From Bugula neritina (taxonomy: Eukaryota; Animalia; Bryozoa): a DNA stretch of 64,000 nt. The translations under genes and the position numbers were made by a program. The notes under the pieces are model-generated. The model was given only the letters and a program-made list of their open reading frames with translations. It ran no database searches and was not told the origin of the DNA. The stretch lies in contig OZ037768.1 of NCBI GenBank assembly GCA_964035545.1, positions 15,607,875-15,671,874 of the forward strand. Reading direction: 5' to 3'. Shown in pieces: positions 12,564-26,076 of the stretch; position 1 is the first letter of the stretch; every line of letters begins with the position of its first letter.

Positions 12564-15500
12564 TCACAGTTGCGTCTCCTTATATTTCGGAAACGCAACT
12601 CTCAATTGCTCGCCGCCCCAGATTTCTTTTATGATAGCTGATGGATGTTTTTCCACTGCATCACACAAGAAATCTTTTAAATAAGATGGAGGCACCCTAG
12701 TGCGTTGCCTACGCTCCAACTGCACTGGGGAAGTTGCTATGACTGGTGACTCTTCCACCACGGGTGGTGTCGCCAGTACGGGGGGGTTCACCAGTACGGG
12801 TGGTCCTCCCCCAGCTGCCTTTCTCTCATGATTTTGAGGAGTTTCCATCTCATCCGGGGCAATGGGCCTGTCGACCGGCTCCACAGGTGGTGGGGTCGGC
12901 TCAGACAGGTCTTCTGGTGTGTCGGCCTCCTCCTCCTGGGGTGGACGTGGCCGGGGCGGGTCGGGCGGCGCGTCAGCCGCCCTGTCCTGATCTTGCAGTA
13001 TCTCCTCGATCTCTCTATACGCCATGCCTCGCCCCCTCATAGGAGGGCGTCTAGCGGGCTCTAAGAGAGGAGGTGCTTGACCTGCTGCATCAGGACTCGC
13101 CCAGTGAGGTTTCAGCCGTGCCTCGTTCTGGACTGACACTTGTCCAGACCGTTCCACTTTATAGGTGTGATTTGGCATCACCTTAATCACGCAGAAGGAA
13201 CCACGAACTTCGGCTGCAACTTGGCTGCCTGTCCGCGTCGCCGGCGATGACTGGTCATCCAGACCCAGTCTCCCACCTTGTACAAGGGGGGGGGGGTCGT
13301 CAGAGTCACCACTTCTGACCTGCCATTGCTGCTCACGTAGCACCACGTGAGCCGTCCCTATGCGTTTTACGAGCTCGTCCACGTAATCGTGGACGTTGCT
13401 CTCGGGAGCCGGAACATGATAGGTTACGTGCTCAGGAACCCTGGTTTCTCTCCCCAGCATGAGAAAATTAGGGGTCTCCAGTGTACTGGAGTGAGGGGTA
13501 CTGCGGTGAACTCGCATGATCTGCGGCAGCACCATGTCCCACTCTTCCTGGCTCCTACCGATAAGCAGGCTTCTCAGTGAGTCCCCTAGCATTCGGTTGT
13601 TCCGCTCCACAACCCTGTTCCCTTGCGGGTGATACGGGGTTGTCCGACTCTGGTTTACCCCCCACATTTTACAGAGATCGCTCAGAAGTTGCGACTGAAA
13701 CTGGGCGCCTTGATCAGAGTGTATCTGTTCCGGCAAGCCGAAAGAGCAGAACACCTGCTGACCCAAGGCTCTGGCCACCGAGGGGGCCGACGCATCTGGA
13801 ATAACCAGTGCATCAGCCCACCGCGTGAAATGGTCAGTTAGCACCAGTATCCAGTTATTACCTCTTGCTGTTGTGGGCATGGGCCTACCAGATCTACAGC
13901 AGCTACCTGCCACGGACGACCGGCATGGAGGCGACGCCTCCCTGCGGTCTCATTGGGGCGGCCATGCTTGCTAGCTTGGCACACCTCGCACTTCCGCACC
14001 CGGAGTCGGACATCCCGGGTCATACCGGGCCAAAACCACTGGAGTTGAAGAAACCTGGTCACCCGGCTAGCTCCCGCGTGAGCTTGCCTATGGGTGTCCC
14101 AGATCAACTCCCGCCTCAGAGCGGACGGGCAGACTACCCTCTCTCGTTCATTGCGATTGGTGCCGGCTGCCAATGTTATCGTTAGCAGCCCATCGCTGTT
14201 GAACCGGAGGGAGTCCCAGCGGTCACAGAAGTACTTAAACTCTGCACTTTTCACTCGCTGTTTGGCCTCACTCGGCCGCCGTCCCTTTTTCTTGGCCCGG
14301 ACAAGGTCAGCTACCACCCCTGGTAGCGTAGCCTGGAGCCGACACAGCTCCCTGACGTTCCTGAGCAGCGTGGGGTTTGCGTAAAGGTTGTTAACAGCTT
14401 CGTTAAGGGATTCGGACAGGAGTTGCCATTCTTCCCAGCTGTATACACCCGCTTTCCCCAACTGTGCTTCAACGTCCGAGCGAGGGGGTCCACCATCCCT
14501 GCGCTCGATATTCTGGCACTGCTTACACCCATCTGCCTGGCGGCGGCTGAGTCCATCGGCATTACCGTGTTTCTTACCGGGTCGATGTTCGATCCGATAA
14601 GAAAACTCTGCCAGGATCTCCAGCCAGCGCGCTACTTGGCTTGATGGTTCCGCCAGTCGACACAGCCATATCAAAGACGCATGATCCGTCCTAAGCCGGA
14701 ATGTACGCCCGTATAGATATGGTCTAAAGTGTTTGACCGCCTTGACTACTGCCAAGAGTTCCCTCCTGGTTGTACAGTAGTTCTTCTCAGGCGTGGACAG
14801 GGCTTTGCTATAGTAAGCCACCACCACCTCGCGACCATCTTGGACTTGTGACAGCACAGCCCCCACATTATGGTTACTGGCATCAGTATCCAAAATGTAC
14901 TCCTTCGCAGGGTCAGGATACGCCAAGATGGGTGCTTCCACCAGGCGATCCTTCAGGTGGTCAAATGCCTTCTGCTCGGCCTGTGTCCACTGCCATCGCA
15001 CCCCTTTTGCTGCCAACCGATTTAACGGCTGTGCAATTCCGGCGAAGTCTGGTATGTACTGACGATAGTACCTTACCAGTCTCAGGAGTGCCCGCAATTC
15101 AAGGAGGTCGACAGGAACAGCCCAATCCCTCACAGCCCGTACCTTCTCGGGGTCGGTAGCGACCCCGTCTCGACCAACTACGTGGCCCAGGTACTTAACC
15201 TCGCGTTGCAGTAATGCACATTTAGAGGGCTTGAGCTTCAGACCAGCAGCTCCAAGTCTGTCAAACACCTCCCTGAGTCGACTGACATGTGTGTCGAAGT
15301 CGGGGGAGATGACAATGACGTCATCGAGATATATGAGCAAGGTCTTCCAGTGCAGCCCATTCAGGACCTGCTCCATGAGTCGCTGGAAGGTGGTTGGTGC
15401 GGGCGTAAGTCTGAATGGCAACACCTTTCATTTCCAGAGCCCATCTCGCGTTATAAACGCGGCCTTGTCCTGTGCTTCAGGACTCAGGGGCACCTGCCAA

Positions 15501-17115
15501 TACCCGCTTAACAAGTCCAACGTGCTGAACAACATGCTACCAGCTAAGGCATCGAGTGACTCATCGATCCTAGGAAGAGGGTAAGCGTCCTGGATGGTCA
15601 CGCTGTTCAGCCTGCGATAATCAACGCAAAACCTCCAGCTCCCATCCTTTTTCCAAACCAGGACGACTGGAGAACTCCAGGCCCCATGGCCTGGCTCAAT
15701 CAGGTCCCGGTTCAGAAGGTCTTGCACCTGACGGCTCACTTCTCTCTTTTTCTCAGGACCTAACCGGCGGGTCGGCTGCCGGATGGGCGCCGTCTCCGCC
15801 GTCAGGGGTATCTCATGACAGACAGTTTTAGTCAGACCCATGTCATGGTCGCCGCAACTGAACACGTCCTTGTACTCAGAGAGTAGCCGCGCTATCACCC
15901 GGCGTTCTCGCTTGCTCTCACAGCCATCACAGGCATCCTCGTACAACTCCGCTACGTGTTCAGGCACCGGCCTCCTGCCGTCTCTAGTGGGTACCCCATG
16001 GGCTTCGTCCGCCGTCTCCAGCGCGGGCCCTACATCCTCCTCCTGTACGGAGTGGAACTTCCCCATTAGAGACCCAGCCTGCAATTCTACCGGCTCCAAA
16101 AAAAGGGTTTACGCACTGGACCAGGAACTCCCCCCGCTCATCCAGCCTATTCAGACTGTTAATGAGCTGGACGCCCCCCAGTGCACCTTCCACCACTCCT
16201 AACTCGGAGATTTAACTACAGTTCACTCTGCAGAAAACTGTAGCCCGGGAGCGCCCAGGTACAGTGCAACGCTGTACCACCTGCACTCCCCCCACCAAGG
16301 GTCGGCCAAATCGGTCGACACAGGCCAGCTCACGCTCGGCCATCACTACCGCCGACTTACTAATGTCAATGTAGCACCTGTGTCGCTTCAGAAATGGCAT
16401 GCCCAAGATGGCGTCCTCCTTGAGTTGACTGACGATGAAGGCCTCACTAATCGTCTGATCACGGACTCTACCAGTCAACTGGATTACCCCATAAAAAAGA
16501 ATACACGACCCGTCCGCCAACGTGCCGTGTTCCCCTTCATATGGTTCTAGGCTAGCCCTGTCCTTGGCACTGAGAGTGTCGAATAGACGCCGACTCAGTA
16601 GGTTTGTGGTGCACCCAGTATCCAACAGGAATGTGACAGCTTTCCCAGCAAGTTTGCCGGGGAGGAAATAGCTGCTTCCATATGGCTGAGCGCTCACTGA
16701 GCGGTTCGTCTCTTGAGGTGACACCTCATGTGCATGAAGTTGGGGATGCACCTGTGCTTTTCGGTTGCGAGGGGGTCGTCGACGTTGCGTGGGCAATCAG
16801 GTTACATCTCGGTCTTGCTCACACACGGGCAGCCGAGTGAATTCTCGGACTGATGCTCGTGTGGGCAACCGAAGAAAATCTCTGTCGCTCCCACTCGTCG
16901 TTCACTCCCTCATCAAGCAAACCTTCAAAGCGGTTTTTGAGTGCCCAAGCCAGAGGTTTTGGTAGGCCTTGCAGCCTACTAACTCTCCTTGGGGCTTGCC
17001 ACTCTGACGAAGGCGGCTTTCTCACCCGGTGGGGTTTGGGCCTTGGCCTCTGCCTTGGGGGGTTAAACTGGGGCCCACGGCCGGCGGAAGTTACCGTGGG
17101 TCATTGCTGTTTAAC
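12564..17115 (-). pseudogene. pol: Gypsy pol (PR-RT-RNaseH-IN), frameshifted and with stops
   Basis: FLLDTG, YLDD, LDTDAS/RELLA/TDH/ADGLSR RNase H motifs, and HHCC + DDE integrase split over ORFs 16212-16796, 15428-16099, 13838-15424 and 12564-13913. Confidence 0.93.
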
Positions 17116-17963
17116 TGCCTCCCACTAGCGCGGGGGCAACTTCGTATGAAGTGCCCACCACTACCACAGCCCCAGCATACGGGGCGGCGCCTGTCGTCAA
17201 CAGCTACCGACGACCTTCTGGGTCGCTCGGCTGTCGACTGCTGGCGCAGTTGCCTGATCTTGGCTAGCAGTTCTCGAACCAAGCTTGTGGTCAAGCTAGT
17301 CGGTTTGTCGGCTGCTGCCGAGGCGACATGTACAGCTGTCTTCGCCGGCGACGTCGACACCTCGTCGTCTGCTCCGACCTGCTGTACTGTCGCACCAGGT
17401 CGACTCGCACTGTCGGCTTGGAAATAGGCGTTCCCAAGCCTTAGGGCTCTCTCCATAGTCTCAACTTCGGCCACCAGCAGATGCTGTTTCAGACCGAGGT
17501 TGTTAATAGACTGGAGGGATGCATCCAGTGCTAAGCTCTGTCGACTATCAGCAGGCAAGTCGCCGTAGGCGATTTGTGCCAGTCGTTCGACTACAGTAGC
17601 ATGCTCTCGCAGGTTGGTCTTAGGATTTCTCCTAAGCCCCTGGGGTTGCACGCGAGCATCTCGAGCGGTTAATCCAAACCGAGCTCGTAATGCTTCAAAT
17701 ATGTCACCGACATTCTGGCTTATCCCATAGGGTTTAGCCGGCCCTGTCAGACATAACCGTAGCTGGATCAGAGTAACCCTATTCGGCCATCTGCAGATGG
17801 CCGCCACATCACTAAACTCAGTGATGAATTGCTCCACATCTTCTTCCCCTGAGAAGATGGGAGCCCGCAAGTGGTACCTGTCCATAGGCAGCACTGGGCC
17901 GCCTATGTGATCCTCCTCTACTGCTGCCGGTTCCTGTCCGGGCGCGTCCTCCTCGTCGGCCAT
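17091..17963 (-). CDS. gag: Gypsy Gag, 290 aa, CCHC knuckle
   Basis: Uninterrupted ATG-TAA ORF directly after the PBS; PIFSGEEDVEQF capsid-type start; CWGCGSGGHFIRSC. Confidence 0.9.
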   Translation of the reverse strand: MADEEDAPGQEPAAVEEDHIGGPVLPMDRYHLRAPIFSGEEDVEQFITEFSDVAAICRWPNRVTLIQLRLCLTGPAKPYGISQNVGDIFEALRARFGLTARDARVQPQGLRRNPKTNLREHATVVERLAQIAYGDLPADSRQSLALDASLQSINNLGLKQHLLVAEVETMERALRLGNAYFQADSASRPGATVQQVGADDEVSTSPAKTAVHVASAAADKPTSLTTSLVRELLAKIRQLRQQSTAERPRRSSVAVDDRRRPVCWGCGSGGHFIRSCPRASGRQLNSNDPR

Positions 17964-18003
17964 CTTCTTTCTACTCCCTGGCTAGGAGCATTTGTATTAA
18001 GTG

Positions 18004-18023
18004 GAATCCCACTGCTGCCACTA
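18004..18023 (-). promoter_or_regulatory. Primer-binding site, tRNA-Leu type
   Basis: T(A)GTGGCAGCAGTGGGATTC 1 nt inside the 5' LTR, complementary to the tRNA-Leu 3' end (...GAATCCCACnGCTGCCACCA). Confidence 0.8.
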
Positions 18024-18024
18024 C

Positions 18025-18443
18025 TGTAGTGAATTTCACAATTCACTATGTTATGGGGGTCGACTTAAACAAAGCTACTACACCAGGTTATTTACGTTAT
18101 GACAAGTTTATTTTTTACAAGATACAAGAAACTCTAATTACTGCTAACATGAATTGAAACGATTACATAATAAGTGAGCCTTTACACACAACTACTCTAT
18201 ATGAAGTCCCAAGCTGCTCTGCCCGGCTAGCTACTCAGCGCGCTTCCACTACGAGTAGCTAGCTCCACCTGCTACCAATTAGCATATCAGTCTTGATTGG
18301 TTGTTACTAGTGGTGCCACTGTCGACCATAGATACAAGTCGCTGGAGGTCGATGTAGTCGATCCCCACAATAGCATACAATATAGAGTCGACCCCTTTCG
18401 ATACAATAACTAACAGTCAATTGCACCATTGAAATCCATTACA
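18025..18443 (-). repeat. 5' LTR of Gypsy B
   Basis: Direct repeat of 10810-11228, flanked by the TSD and PBS. Confidence 0.95.
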
Positions 18444-19067
18444 GTATTTTGATGTCAACATTGCAGCAAATAAGCATTGATCGCATCACTTCCTGGATTT
18501 CATGTTTCAACAGGCTGTGATTTGACTAGTAATTTTTGTAGAAAAGGAAAGCGCGCACTCTCTTTTGCAAAAATACCCAAAATGTATGGGAAGTTTTGAA
18601 CAGCTCAGGAAGTATTTCAAGATACCAACCATTACAGCTGCCTAACTAGAACAATTTGTCTGCTAGCTTTATGGAGCGGAGGCAGGAAATTCAAATATAA
18701 ATGATGTCTAATACACTGTATTTTGTTCATCATCTAAAATAACTCAATGCAGTTTGCCCACAACAAAAAATGAACTAAATTTGCACATAAAATGAGCAAA
18801 TATACGGCAGCCATTTGGAGAAGGGCAACAACAGCCTATATTGATGCAACAACCCCTGCAGAACATGATGGGTGGATTGTGGAGAATGGCAGCATAAAAA
18901 TGAAGTGGGTGGCTGAAGCACTTGCACCTGAACATTTATTAAAGAATATATATACTGCTCCTGTAAGACCGGCTGCAACACATCAAGATTTGGATGTCAG
19001 AAATATCAAATGCAGTGCACTGATGTTTTTCGCTGTAAAACATACTGTCTGAAAATATAACGTCATA

Positions 19068-19114
19068 ATGACCTGATGAGCGTAGCTTGCACTATGTGAA
19101 AAAAATTTGTAGTC
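19068..19114 (+). ncRNA. Minimal type-I hammerhead ribozyme motif (degenerate), family 1
   Basis: GAC-CTGATGA-GCGTAG(cttgca)CTATGT-GAAA-aAAATTTG-TA-GTC; unit ends in (TA)n at ~19170. Confidence 0.6.
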
Positions 19115-19168
19115 GATAAAATTAATAAATAAGTTTATTATATTCGAAATAGTATTAATACCAGCACA

Positions 19169-19233
<65 letters not shown>

Positions 19234-19293
19234 AGTAATGAATGATAAAAATTGATTTAGAACACTTTATTACTACTAGTTTCATGTGCATTG

Positions 19294-22200
19294 TGTGTGA
19301 TGGGTGCGTAAGAGTACAACAACGTTGGATTGAATCTAAGCTGATAATAATCAAGATTTATTTCAATTCTAGCCAGCAGCTACCATTTATATGTGGTCAC
19401 GTATGCTATCAATTAGGATAGACAATAGTGAATGAAAGTTAACAACAGTGACAAAAAACATAATATGTATATTCATGATTGTTGCATAGAAGGCACCAGT
19501 GTCTCCGTGGTTAGATCATCTGGATGTTAATTCATCACATAGTCATCAAATCTCCGGAGCAATCTTTGCTCTCTGGATAGAGCACCAAACCTACCTGAAA
19601 TCGTTGGACTGGCTGTATGGACTAAGGACGTACCCGAGCCCTCTGCAATCAATGTTCTGGGTGCCTGCGTTCTTGATGGATTGGCTTTTTTGTTAGCTTT
19701 TGGACCAAGCACCTCTGCACCCATAGGAACCGGAGGAGGCGCATTTGGTTCAAGCACCACGGGGTCCTCTTCGCGAAGATCTACCAACGCACTTCTGTTT
19801 CGGCGTATAACTCCTGTTTCAGCTTTAACTGTGTATGAGTGTGGAGCTACACAAGTGCAAGAACTGTGCCCTGTTTGTTAGTGTTTCTGACATAGACAGC
19901 TGAACCTTGAGAAAGTTCAGGCAACAGAGTGGCTTTGTGCCGTTGGTTGTAGTTTTTCATGGTTCGTAGATTTATGTGTTGTTCCTTCTCAGCAATGTTT
20001 GGTGGCTTGTGAACCACTCGGGTTTCAGGCATTGAGGGTAGAGTAGTTCGAAGTAGCCTGTTCATCAAGAGTTTTGAAGGAGTGAATCCATTTTCGAGTG
20101 GAGTAGCTCTATAGGTTAATAGGATTAGGTATGGATCTGTAGTTTTGCTCCACAGACGCTTTATTGTTCCTACCGCTCTGTCATCTTCGCCATTGGCCTT
20201 TGGATATTTTGGAGAGCTGGTCACGAGTTGAACACCATAACTCTTGGCGAATTCTTGGAACTCCCTAGAGCTGAACTGAGGTTCATTGTCAAAAATGACT
20301 ACCTTGGGAACTTCATGTGTTGAGAAGATGTATTTAACTTTGTCCACAGTAAAAGCTGAAAACAGGGAGTCTAATCTCCTAAGTTCTATGTATCTGCTAT
20401 GATACTCGACCACTAACAGATAGTTTTTTTTCTGGAACTCGAACAGGTCTGCACCTAACTTTATCCAAGGTTTAGATGGCAAGGTGGATGGCTGCAGAGG
20501 CTCTACCGGGGTCGGTGAGGTAATTCTGCACTGTCGACACCCTTGTACCATTTCCTTTATTTGTTTGGACATTCCAGGCCACCAGATAGCTCTTCTGGCT
20601 CTTGCTTTGCATTTTACTATTCCTTGATGGGCCTGGTGAATACGGTCAAGCAGCTTTAGTCTTAGGTTGCTTGGGATAACTAGCCGCTGGTCATATAAGA
20701 GAAGGCCTTTAAATTGTGTCAAATGTCCTTTGACATCCCAGTAAGGGTGTACTACTGTGTGGGCATCTGTTTTATATGTAGGCCATCCTTTTATGATGAG
20801 ATTCTGGACCTCTTGGCACACAGCATCTAGTTGTGCTTGCTTAATTTTTTTGATCATCAGATCTATAGAAGGTGTAATGAAAGTGCTAGCTTCAAGCTCT
20901 TCAACCAACATCACATATATGTGAGATGGTAGACCAGAGGGTGCTCTCGACAAAGCATCCACTATGTGGTTGCGAGACCCTGGGATATACTCTACCTTTG
21001 GAGCATACCTCATGAGCCGCAGTCTCAATCGGAGAATCCTGGCTGGCACTTGGTCTAAGTCTTTTACACCCATAAGCCTAACCAAAGGCTTGTGATCAGT
21101 CTTTAGAGTAAAAGGTAATCTTCTTATAAACTGATCTAGCTTGTTGCATGCCCAAGCCATTGCTAATGCCTCCTTTTCTATTGCGGCGTAATTTTGTTCC
21201 ACTGCGGTTAAAGACCTTGATGCATAGTATATTGGCCTCCTTGTTCCATCCTTTTGTATTTGGAACATAGCAGCTCCAAGTTCAGTGTTGCAAGCATCAG
21301 TGGCAACAATTGTTTTTATTTTGGGATCATAGTGTGCTATGACCTGAGCAGACATCAGTGTTTGCTTTACTTTTTGGAAAGCTTCCTTTTGAGGTTGACT
21401 CCATGTCCAAGCCTTACTTCCTTTCAGTAACTCTCTCATGGGAGCTGTGATTTCGGATAGGTGAGGGATAAACTTAGCTAGCTGATTCAGCATGCCATTT
21501 AGTCGTTTCAGGTAGGGGCTAGAAAGTCACGTATTGATGCGACTTTATCCGGGTGAGGGCTGACTTCTTTAGCATCTATGATGTGGCCTGAAAACTTCAC
21601 TTGAGCTCGGCTAATCTCACACTTGTCTTTATTTAAGGCGAGTCCTGCTTTTCTAGTCTGCTTGAAACCAGCTTCAAGGTTTTATCGTGGCTTTCTGCAT
21701 TTTTACCATGAACTAAAATATCATCAATGTGACAAATGACATTCTCTATGTCGCCTAGTAGTCTGCACATAGCTCGACAAAATATTTCCGGTGCACTAGA
21801 TATGCCAAATGGAAGTCTGTTGAAAAAGAACTGGCCGAAAGGTGTGAGGAAGGTAGTCAGCTTTCTTAACTCCTTGTCCAAGTGTATTTGCCAGAACCCA
21901 CTATTGGCATCTAGCTTTGAGAAGATTTTACTAGCTCCCAACAGTCCAATGCTTTCATCCACTGCTGACATTGGAGAGATTTCCCTTCTAACAGCTTTAT
22001 TTGGACCAGTTAGGTTTACACAAACCTGTACATCTCCATTCCACTACACCACTCTGTAGCTTCTGTTACGGGAGAGATAACTCCTTGGTGCACCATCTCA
22101 TCTAGCTTTTTCTTATTTTTATTTCTTAATGGAATCGGAATTTTTCTTGGAGTGTAGATGCATGTTGGCTGGTAATCTGGAATCAGTGATATTCAGTACG

Positions 22201-22556
22201 AGTATCCCTTGAGTGCTCCAAGGACTTTAAATAGCTATGAGAAGCCTGTGTGGATGTCTTTGGTTATTTCCCTTTGCTGCTTCACTTGGCATGTTATCAG
22301 TCCTAACTTTTCACAAGCAGTTCTACTGGGTAGAGAGGTTGACTGATTTTGAATTACGTAGGCTGTCTCCTTGTACTTCTGACTTTTATATTGAAGGTCT
22401 GCCTCAAAAGTTCCTAAGACTTGAAGTTGCTTCCCTCTAGGTCCATGTAAGCGGACTCCTGTAGTTTGCAATGAAGTAGTAGACAGCCAAGGTAGTTTAT
22501 CACTGACTACTGTAATAACTATCATCTGCACCCGTATCGAGCTTGAAAGTAGTAGG
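19294..22556 (-). mobile_element. Gypsy LTR retrotransposon D, 5'-truncated pol (K02A2.6-like) with a probable 3' LTR remnant
   Basis: FKLDTGAD protease at ~22520-22548; KLDANSGFWQ and CHIDD RT; ATDA/EKEALA/TDHKPL RNase H; HQGIVKC and GADLF integrase; bounded by TA-rich microsatellites. Confidence 0.88.
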
Positions 22557-22624
22557 GTATATATATATACATATATATACATACATATACATACATATAC
22601 ATACACATACATACATATACATAC

Positions 22625-22675
<51 letters not shown>

Positions 22676-22691
22676 TATATATATACATATG

Positions 22692-22739
<48 letters not shown>

Positions 22740-22771
22740 TATATAATTATATATATATATGTATATATATG

Positions 22772-22802
<31 letters not shown>

Positions 22803-22880
22803 ATACATACATATACATATACATATATATACATATATATATACATATATATACATATACGAGTGTGTGTGTGTGTGTTA
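22557..22880. repeat. Compound (TA)n/(TACA)n/(TACATA)n/(TG)n microsatellite
   Basis: Direct inspection. Confidence 0.95.
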
Positions 22881-22889
22881 GTGTTGCAA

Positions 22890-23090
22890 AACTAAATGTT
22901 GAAAAACCCATCTATGATCATCTTCAGAAATTCTTACATATGTATAAAATAAATTAGCTTGAATAATTCCAAAATATTCAACTGATTTAGACAAAAGGTA
23001 CGGTAGGACAGTTCTCTTTTATTTCAACAGTTTGCAGAGCTTTTCTGGCTAACTGGGTGCACAGAACAATCTACAGTTTTCACAAATTTA
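22890..23090 (-). mobile_element. Academ subterminal fragment
   Basis: Matches 38810-39010 (TAAATTAGCTTGAATAATT...GGCTAACTGGGTGCACAGAACA). Confidence 0.65.
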
Positions 23091-23644
23091 ATGTTATAAA
23101 CTTTTAATAAAACATCAGCGAATAAATATATGCTATAAGATGAAAGAAAAGCATCTTAACAGCTACAATTTGCTTAGCTAAGTGCATTGCAAGAAATCAG
23201 CTTTTATAGCAAGCTTACTATCAGGCTTTCTTTTTTTTTAGGTTGGCCTGGTAGTGTAGTAGATATAAGACTGTTTAGAATACTAAACGAACCAAAACTG
23301 TTAGATTTCAAACCTTAACACATTATTTTTTACAGGTAATGAAGGTTTCACAGCTTATTTTAAACTAGTTGCTTAATTTTTTTTAAAGTTTATTATACCA
23401 ACTGTGCTAGTTAATACTTTACCAATTTATGACTTTAAATTTTAGCTCTGTAAAGTTCAATTTAAAAAATAAACAAGAAACTTATGTAGAGTGCAAAAGA
23501 GATGAGTTAGCTCAGCATAAAGCCAGCATAATCTTGAAATAGAAATTTAGTGATTTTGAAGATGACATTTTAAAATAGACATTAAAAGGAAGTGAACTCA
23601 CTGGCCAAAAGAAAACAGCTCTATACAATAATAAAATATCTCAC

Positions 23645-23734
23645 CTGCCACCTAAACATTGCTTTTTCTCATCATTTAAACTGTTGAAAAGTTTATGAAC
23701 GTCTGCAAACATACTTGAACGGCTAACAGACAAC
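23645..23734 (-). CDS. ADAT1: ADAT1 exon 8
   Basis: TAG acceptor and GTGAGA donor, 90 nt, phase 2/2; LSVSRSSMFADVHKLF. Confidence 0.8.
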
Positions 23735-23922
23735 CTACCAATAATGAGGATGTGCTTTATTCAATGTGCAGTTTACAGAGGACTACAGAAATATATCCAT
23801 AATGAATAAAATAACTGGTGAAGTTAAGCAATGTGTGAAGCAATGTGTGGCACTGGAAAACACTTTCTACATTGTTTCACTTAAAATTAATATAAAATAA
23901 GAGAAACATCTATGTTTCTTAC

Positions 23923-24028
23923 CGAGCTTTTATAGAGGTGAGATCCTTTTTTGTAATACCCTGCTTATACCCATTTACAGCAACTTCAGTTACGGACTCA
24001 CTATTAGAGATTTTATACCAGATCAAAC
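23923..24028 (-). CDS. ADAT1: ADAT1 exon 7
   Basis: TTTATAG acceptor and GTAAGA donor, 106 nt; SLIW...EVAVNGYKQGITKK, a conserved ADAT1 motif. Confidence 0.9.
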
Positions 24029-25010
24029 CTATAAATTATAAGCAAGTCGTGTATAGCCCACATTGCTCAATGTGCCACTCTTTTATTGGTCTAAGTATTT
24101 GGAAAACAACAAGACTGGTAGAATAGATGCCCAAATGACCCTGACATGGGAAACATTTCGACACAATAAAAACTTAAATTAAATTGGAAAGTTAGAAATG
24201 GCCATTTTAAAAAACTATCATTCCAAAAACAGCTATTTTCAGTGATGTGACCTAGAATTTTACATGTGGTTTTCAGTGTTTGAATTTGAATGAACTTTTT
24301 CACCAACCAGGTGGCAACATTCAGTATTTACTGTTTCATAATAAAAGATCAATTTTACAATTTTGTTGTTAATTGAGCTATTAGCATTTTTTAAATAGTA
24401 AAATATAATAATTAATCACAAATATTATAGCTCTAGTATAAAAGAGATAGAAGGATGCGAGCGATTATTGCTTGCCATCATTTCTATTATCCACCAAATC
24501 AGTTACTAAACAACATATGTACATGGCAGCCAATAGAAAAATACTACCATAACTAGTATGAAAATATGAAAATAAATAGTATAAGCAACAAATCTTTGTA
24601 TTTTAACTTCTTTCATAAGTTAACTACTAGTATCATCTATAATAGTAATAAATGATTTTAATTAGATGTAGTAGAGCAACATGCGAAATTACAATTAAAA
24701 AACCGCAAATTATATTGGGTCAGTTGTTATATAAAATATCGAAGGACCAATGAAGATTTGGCATATTATATCAAATAACCAATGAAAAACTATCATACGA
24801 CATCAACTGACAATAAATGCAATGCAGGGTAAAATTATAATATTCCTAATCAACTTTCTAAAATTGGCATATATAAGAGTAACAATACAGTCCATAAAAG
24901 ATACAACATAACCGATAGTAGGGTAGCATAGCATTTCAAGCAGTAGCAGTAGCTACATAAATTTTGAAAAATTTTACAGCTTGAAATATATAGACAGGTG
25001 TAACACTCAC

Positions 25011-25216
25011 TAGTATCACAAGGGCGAATCCGCTCACAGCTATCAGCATATCCAGCAACGCAGTTCAGTCCAGCCTGAAATTTACCATGCGGGAAGATAT
25101 GGTGGAGCACTTGAATATCAGGTCTGTGAACTTTATATCCACCAGAAGGCAGCAGAGGAGTGTCTAACAATCTAGCATGGAGAGCTCTAATTAACGCCCT
25201 TTTATCTGCTACACAT
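25011..25216 (-). CDS. ADAT1: ADAT1 exon 6
   Basis: TTTAG acceptor and GTGAGT donor, 206 nt; KRALIRALHAR...LPSGGYKVHRP. Confidence 0.87.
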
Positions 25217-25617
25217 CTAAATCAGGTTAACAATATAATATAATTATATTAAACAATACTACAAAAAATGTTCAAGTGGAATTTTGTTCATCATATTTTT
25301 TTGAACATAGTTAAATCAGGGCGGGTGTTATTTTCATGTTCCTTTTATACACACAACATAATTGAAAATTTAGATTTAATAAAACATTAAATAAAAAATT
25401 AGAACAAACTTCAGACCTTAAAAATGTACTAAACAAGGTTAATAAGGACATTACACCAATACTAATATTCAAGTGCAATGTGGGCATAACTCCAACACCT
25501 ATGAGCCTACATACAGGGTGGGTATAACTACAAAGCTGACTCAAACATGTAATGCACAAAAGCAAAATCACTAATGGGAGTAAAATCCATATTTAAATTG
25601 CTATGTTAGATAAACCA

Positions 25618-26045
<428 letters not shown>

Positions 26046-26076
26046 TACGTATACAGTCAATTTATTGTTAACATAC

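Larger units (their letters stand above)
10810..18443 (-). mobile_element. Full-length Gypsy LTR retrotransposon B (decayed)
   Basis: 419-bp LTRs at 10810-11228 and 18025-18443 (TG...CA, about 12 mismatches by eye); 4-bp TSD GTAT at 10806-10809 and 18444-18447; gag, PR, RT, RH, IN. Confidence 0.97.
9111..19052 (+). mobile_element. Academ (AcademX-type) DNA transposon remnant 1, interrupted by Gypsy B
   Basis: Left TIR TAGTCTGGAAGTAACCTCC; homologous to 34981-38549; XPG/FEN-like EEADT and LPGFHVSTGCD remnants plus a Cys-rich tail; right end missing. Confidence 0.75.

Noticed and set aside
22235-22957. YI/IY-repeat ORFs here and at 25603-25992, 59134-59539 and 61673-62066
   Set aside because: Translations of TA/CA microsatellites
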